From Octopus bimaculoides (Eukaryota), in the NCBI RefSeq assembly GCF_001194135.2, contig NC_069003.1, forward strand, positions 22,511,235 to 22,560,056: 48,822 nucleotides of DNA, in the 5' to 3' direction. How positions within the stretch are numbered: position 1 is the first letter of the stretch; each line of letters opens with the position of its first letter. Below, one piece after another: positions 47,620 to 48,822 of this stretch. The notes under the pieces were generated by a model. It saw nothing but the letters and a program-made list of their open reading frames with translations, searched no databases and was not told the origin of the DNA. Made by a program: the position numbers and the translations under genes.

Positions 47620-48055
47620 GTGGCTGTGTGATAAGTAGCTTGCTTACCAACCACAGGTTCCAGGCTCAGTCTCACTGCATGGTATCTTGGGAAAGTGTCT
47701 TCTACTATAGCCTCAGGCTGACCAAAGCCTTTTGAGTGGATTTGGTAGATGGAAACTGAAAGAAGCCTGTCATATATATTTGTATCTGTGCTTGTCCCCC
47801 TACCATATATAAAATAACAAATTCGGAAAGTTAGTATTAAAAATGTAAAAAACAAAATTGTACCAAAATAGGAAATATAAATTCTATATGCAGGTATAGC
47901 TGTGACTGTATGGTAAGAAGTTCGCTTCCCAACCAAATGGTTCTGCGTTCAGACCTACTGTGTGGCAACTTGGGCAAGTGTCTTCTACTATAGCTTCAGG
48001 TTGACCAAAGGCTTGTGATTGGATTTAATAGACAAAAACTGAAAGCAGCCTATTA
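47620..48055 (+). mobile_element. Two SINE 5' halves (47620-47800 and 47890-48055)
   Basis: Heads 'ggcgtaggtgtggctgtgtgataagtagc' and 'gcaggtatagctgtg', with CORE-like motifs. Confidence 0.85.
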
Positions 48056-48062
48056 TATATAT

Positions 48063-48258
48063 AAAGACTGGGTACATGGAGTAAATAAAATCATAACATA
48101 AACAATTAAATATAAGAAATAGTCATTTCTTAAAGTATGTGTTAATCCCCATGTGGGTACATGGAGTAAATAAAATCATAACATAAACAATTAACTATAA
48201 GAAATAATAATTTCTTAAAGTATGTGTTAATCCCATGTACCCAGACTTTGTGGACACC

Positions 48259-48261
<3 letters not shown>
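48063..48261. mobile_element. Dimeric Tc1-type MITE, one TIR truncated, opposite orientation to 20639-20847
   Basis: Ends 'ccatgtacccagactttgtggacaccctg' followed by TA; has the same two internal units. Confidence 0.9.
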
Positions 48262-48306
<45 letters not shown>

Positions 48307-48822
48307 ATAAAAGTGAAATTCTGTCTGTCCAGGACTCCTGTTTCTCAGTCTACATTTGCTCTACATAGACATATTATACTGTTTTGAAAATCTGCCATTC
48401 ATTTAGTTCTTGAACATCCAGTATTGGGATCTGATTTAAAAGCATTTAGGCTGCTATTTCTAGCAGGCAAAGCTTAGCTGATTCATGCCATCTTGGTTGG
48501 CAAATGTCAGATGACATCAGTGATCAAGGGGAAGAAACGTGACATTCGCTTTGTTAATTTTATGTTGAGATAAGAACTTTGGGACAAACTGGCCAACAGT
48601 TGGAATTCAACTTTGGACTGGAACAATAGAATGATTGCATTATAAAATTAATTCTCATCTGTCCTTAACCTCTGATCAAACATCACTGGGGCATGTAATC
48701 ATTGTAGACATATAGTCATGCTATTTAGCTCTCTTTAGTTTTGGGCTGCAGGCCAATTAGCCCTCCACATGCGGTCACTTAAAAGTCTGTATAAAGTACG
48801 GCTTTTAAGCTAGTATATATAT

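Overview
AT-rich (about 35% GC by eye), repeat-dense eukaryotic genomic DNA with six N gaps (13799-14080, 19721-19778, 20315-20324, 21321-21630, 25741-26085, 28119-28362), all at simple or tandem repeats. The tRNA-derived SINE families with internal (TA)n/(TG)n tracts, the RTE LINE fragments and the microsatellite load suggest an Octopus (coleoid cephalopod) genome; this is recognition, not a database result. Most of the window is decayed mobile DNA: Tc1 and mariner/maT remnants, Tc1-, hAT- and piggyBac-type MITEs, a Ty3/Gypsy gag-PR-RT fragment, several RTE-clade LINE pieces, an RNase H fragment, an RLE-type (HERO-like) non-LTR element and many SINEs. No long intact ORF is present. Highlights: (1) the 3' end of a Penelope-like element (GIY-YIG C-terminal tail plus 3' region) carrying an intact-looking minimal type I hammerhead ribozyme with a palindromic GUAC loop (5709-5760, minus strand), next to a perfect 150-nt palindrome; (2) a CpG-rich candidate bidirectional promoter at about 14.2 kb (ZNF143/Staf-like, CRE-like and ETS-like motifs, with splice donors pointing both ways) that may drive two spliced transcripts with only 49-63 aa ORFs; (3) several hairpin, tandem and fold-back structures. 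The gene models are hand-built from splice signals and are low confidence.
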